Part shown: positions 26,399 through 28,491 of the stretch, in pieces
Position numbering within the stretch: the first letter of the stretch is position 1
Layout of the letters: each line of letters opens with the position of its first letter
Source: Candidatus Fermentibacteraceae bacterium
GTDB taxonomy: Bacteria; Fermentibacterota; Fermentibacteria; Fermentibacterales; JCC-6
Reading direction: 5' to 3'
DNA: 28,491 nucleotides
Assembly: GCA_041686025.1 (NCBI GenBank)
Contig: JAWLEP010000005.1
Coordinates: forward strand, 58,513-87,003
Notes under the pieces: model-generated
What the model saw: the letters and a program-made list of their open reading frames with translations, nothing else
The model's database searches: none
Told to the model about the DNA's origin: nothing
Translations under genes and position numbers: made by a program

Positions 26399-27696
26399 GC
26401 AGGGTCCCGCCGGACAGCTACCTGGTGCAGGGCGGACGGCGCCTGAAGGGCACACTCCACCCGGCCGGCAGCAAGAACGCAGCCCTTCCCGAGCTGGCCG
26501 CCAGCCTTCTCAGCGACCGGCCGGTGACCATACGCAACCTGCCGATGATCAGGGACGTCCAGGCCATGCTGGAGATACTCCGCAGCCTGGGCGCTTCGGT
26601 GGAGCGGCAAGACGGGCAGTCGGTACGCATCACCGCCCGGAACATCGACACCTCCGGCCTGGACATGGAGCTCTGCCGCCGGATAAGGGCCTCCATACTG
26701 CTGGCCGGGCCGCTTCTGGCCAGATGCGGCAGCCTCAGGCTCCCTCCTCCGGGAGGTGACGTGATAGGCAGGCGCAGGCTGGATACGCATTTCATGGCCC
26801 TGAAGCGCATGGGCGCCGGAGTGGATTTCGACGGGACCGCAATCGCACTGGAGGCCGAGGGCCTTCAGGGGGTGTCCATGCTCCTGGACGAACCCTCGGT
26901 CACCGCCACCGAGAACGCCCTCATGGCCGCGTCCGCCGCCGCCGGCACCACAACCATCAACAACGCCGCCTGCGAGCCCAATGTCCAGGACCTGGCCCGG
27001 ATGCTCACCTCCATGGGGGCGAGGATCAGCGGCGCAGGCACGAACAGAATGATCGTCGAGGGGCAGGACGGCCTGCTGGACGGTACGGACCATTCAGTCT
27101 GTCCAGACCACATCGAGATAGGCAGCTTCCTGGGCCTGGCCGCATGCTGCGGCGACGGCATTCGCATCCCGGAAGTCCCCAGGCTCGATGTCGAGCCTAC
27201 GGTGAGGGTACTGGCCAGGCTGGGCCTGGAGGTGGCCTGGCAGAACGGCGACATCTTCGTTCCAGGAGGCCAGGACCTGCACGTTGTGGCGGACATGGGC
27301 AACGCCATACCCACCATCTACGACGCCCCCTGGCCCGGATTCTCGCCGGACCTCACCAGCACCGCCGTGGTGCTGGCCACCCAGGCCAGGGGGACGGTGC
27401 TGATATTCGAGAAGATGTTCGAGAGCAGGCTCTTCTTCGTGGACAAGCTGGTCTCCATGGGGGCCCGGATCATACAGTGCGACCCCCACAGGGTAGTTGT
27501 CTCCGGTCCGGCCCGACTGCGTGGAACCAGGGTATCCAGCCCGGATATAAGGGCGGGGATGGCCCTTCTCACAGCCGCTCTCTGCGCCGAGGGGGAGAGC
27601 ATCATAGGGAACGTCCACCAGATCGAGCGGGGCTACGAGAGACTGGTGGAGAGACTGGGGGCGCTGGGGGCGGAGATCTCCCGGGGCCCGGAGTGA
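26395..27696 (+). CDS. murA: UDP-N-acetylglucosamine 1-carboxyvinyltransferase
   Basis: GSKNAALP, RASILLAGPLLAR, SVTATEN, PDHIE, FESR, DIRAG, IERGYE. GTGA overlap with the exonuclease stop. Confidence 0.96.
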   Translation: MSRVPPDSYLVQGGRRLKGTLHPAGSKNAALPELAASLLSDRPVTIRNLPMIRDVQAMLEILRSLGASVERQDGQSVRITARNIDTSGLDMELCRRIRASILLAGPLLARCGSLRLPPPGGDVIGRRRLDTHFMALKRMGAGVDFDGTAIALEAEGLQGVSMLLDEPSVTATENALMAASAAAGTTTINNAACEPNVQDLARMLTSMGARISGAGTNRMIVEGQDGLLDGTDHSVCPDHIEIGSFLGLAACCGDGIRIPEVPRLDVEPTVRVLARLGLEVAWQNGDIFVPGGQDLHVVADMGNAIPTIYDAPWPGFSPDLTSTAVVLATQARGTVLIFEKMFESRLFFVDKLVSMGARIIQCDPHRVVVSGPARLRGTRVSSPDIRAGMALLTAALCAEGESIIGNVHQIERGYERLVERLGALGAEISRGPE

Positions 27697-27709
27697 TGAC
27701 GGGAGGACC

Positions 27710-28491
27710 ATGATACGCTGGGCACCGTTGACGGCTGTGGTTGCCTCGCTCCTGGTCCTGGGAGCTTGCGGCAACGAGGACGAGGAGGAATACGTCTGGG
27801 AGGACGGAGCCAGGTTCTTCATAGGCTCCGCCAGCGGCTCGGACACCGCCCTGGCCTGGTCGCCCCTGGGAAACGTGCTGCTGTACACTTCCGACCTCGA
27901 GGGCAACCCAAACCTCTACGGCTACGACCGGGTCTCCGACCCGGTGAGGATCTCGGGGGCCTCAGGCGATGAATGTGTCGGCCCCAACGGGTGCTGGACC
28001 ACCGCTGTCAATCCGGGTCTGATCATCTATGCGGAGCTGAGGGATGATTCCACCGGCAGGATAAGAACCCGGACCGGCGACCTGGGGTACATTACGACCC
28101 TTCTGGACGATACGACGGGGCAGCTCATCCATCCCTCCTGGTCTCCCGATGCCGACAAGGTTGTCTATGCGGCCAGGGAGACGGGCACATCCGTCACCTC
28201 CTGGAGGCTCTACATCGCCGACTACCAGGACTCCCAGCTTCTGAATGTCCAGTCCCTCATCGGGGAGAATGGATACGACCTCCTGCGCCCCTCCTTCTCC
28301 GCAGACGGACAACTGATACTCTACCAGAGGTCGGGCGGCACCCAGTCAGACATCTGGGTGACGGATGTGGAGGGCTCCGATCCAACGCCCGTAGTCCAGG
28401 GCAGCAGCGACGACATACACCCCTGCTGGTCCCCCTACGAGGGCTGGTTCGTGTTCTCCTCCGACCGCGACGGCGACTACGAGATCTACGC
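27710..28491 (+). CDS. TolB-like beta-propeller (PD40 repeat) lipoprotein, 3' truncated
   Basis: GGGAGG SD; MIRWAPLTAVVASLLVLGAC lipobox; repeats AWSPLG, PSWSPDA, PSFSADG, PCWSPY..FVFSSDRDGDYEIY. Absent from the ORF track because it runs off the window. Confidence 0.85.
   Translation, partial: MIRWAPLTAVVASLLVLGACGNEDEEEYVWEDGARFFIGSASGSDTALAWSPLGNVLLYTSDLEGNPNLYGYDRVSDPVRISGASGDECVGPNGCWTTAVNPGLIIYAELRDDSTGRIRTRTGDLGYITTLLDDTTGQLIHPSWSPDADKVVYAARETGTSVTSWRLYIADYQDSQLLNVQSLIGENGYDLLRPSFSADGQLILYQRSGGTQSDIWVTDVEGSDPTPVVQGSSDDIHPCWSPYEGWFVFSSDRDGDYEIY

Noticed and set aside
27962..28312. Minus-strand ORF near the window end
   Set aside because: It is antisense to the TolB-like lipoprotein, which has an SD, a lipobox and PD40-type repeats.

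Overview
GC-rich bacterial chromosomal window made up mostly of housekeeping genes. Lipoboxes, a TolB-like protein, a CtpA protease and a Bcd/Etf set suggest an anaerobe with a periplasm; this is inference and the taxon cannot be determined from the sequence. A ~20 kb minus-strand run reads Na/Pi cotransporter, DUF3006-like gene, rsmI, CDP-alcohol phosphatidyltransferase, ino1, tmk, ctpA, phosphohexomutase, yceD, rpmF, plsX, fabH, fabG, acpP, fabF, rnc, acyl-CoA dehydrogenase, etfB, ferredoxin-fused etfA, PHP hydrolase and three small exported NTF2-like proteins. It ends at an intrinsic terminator. The plus strand carries a UbiA-family prenyltransferase, ispE, tRNA-Gln(TTG), rplY, pth, a DEDDh exonuclease, murA and a truncated TolB-like lipoprotein; a large minus-strand lipoprotein lies between pth and the exonuclease. 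No transposase, integrase, CRISPR array or defence system was seen. The most unusual observations are: (1) a 26-bp perfect (33/36 extended) inverted repeat pair bracketing a Na/Pi cotransporter that has an exported Ig-like N-terminus; (2) an RNase III gene with no ATG/GTG/TTG start, in frame behind the fabF TAG; (3) a Bcd-EtfAB module coupled to a fatty-acid synthesis operon that contains no enoyl reductase; (4) a phosphatidylinositol synthesis gene pair near a DPPR-synthase-like gene.
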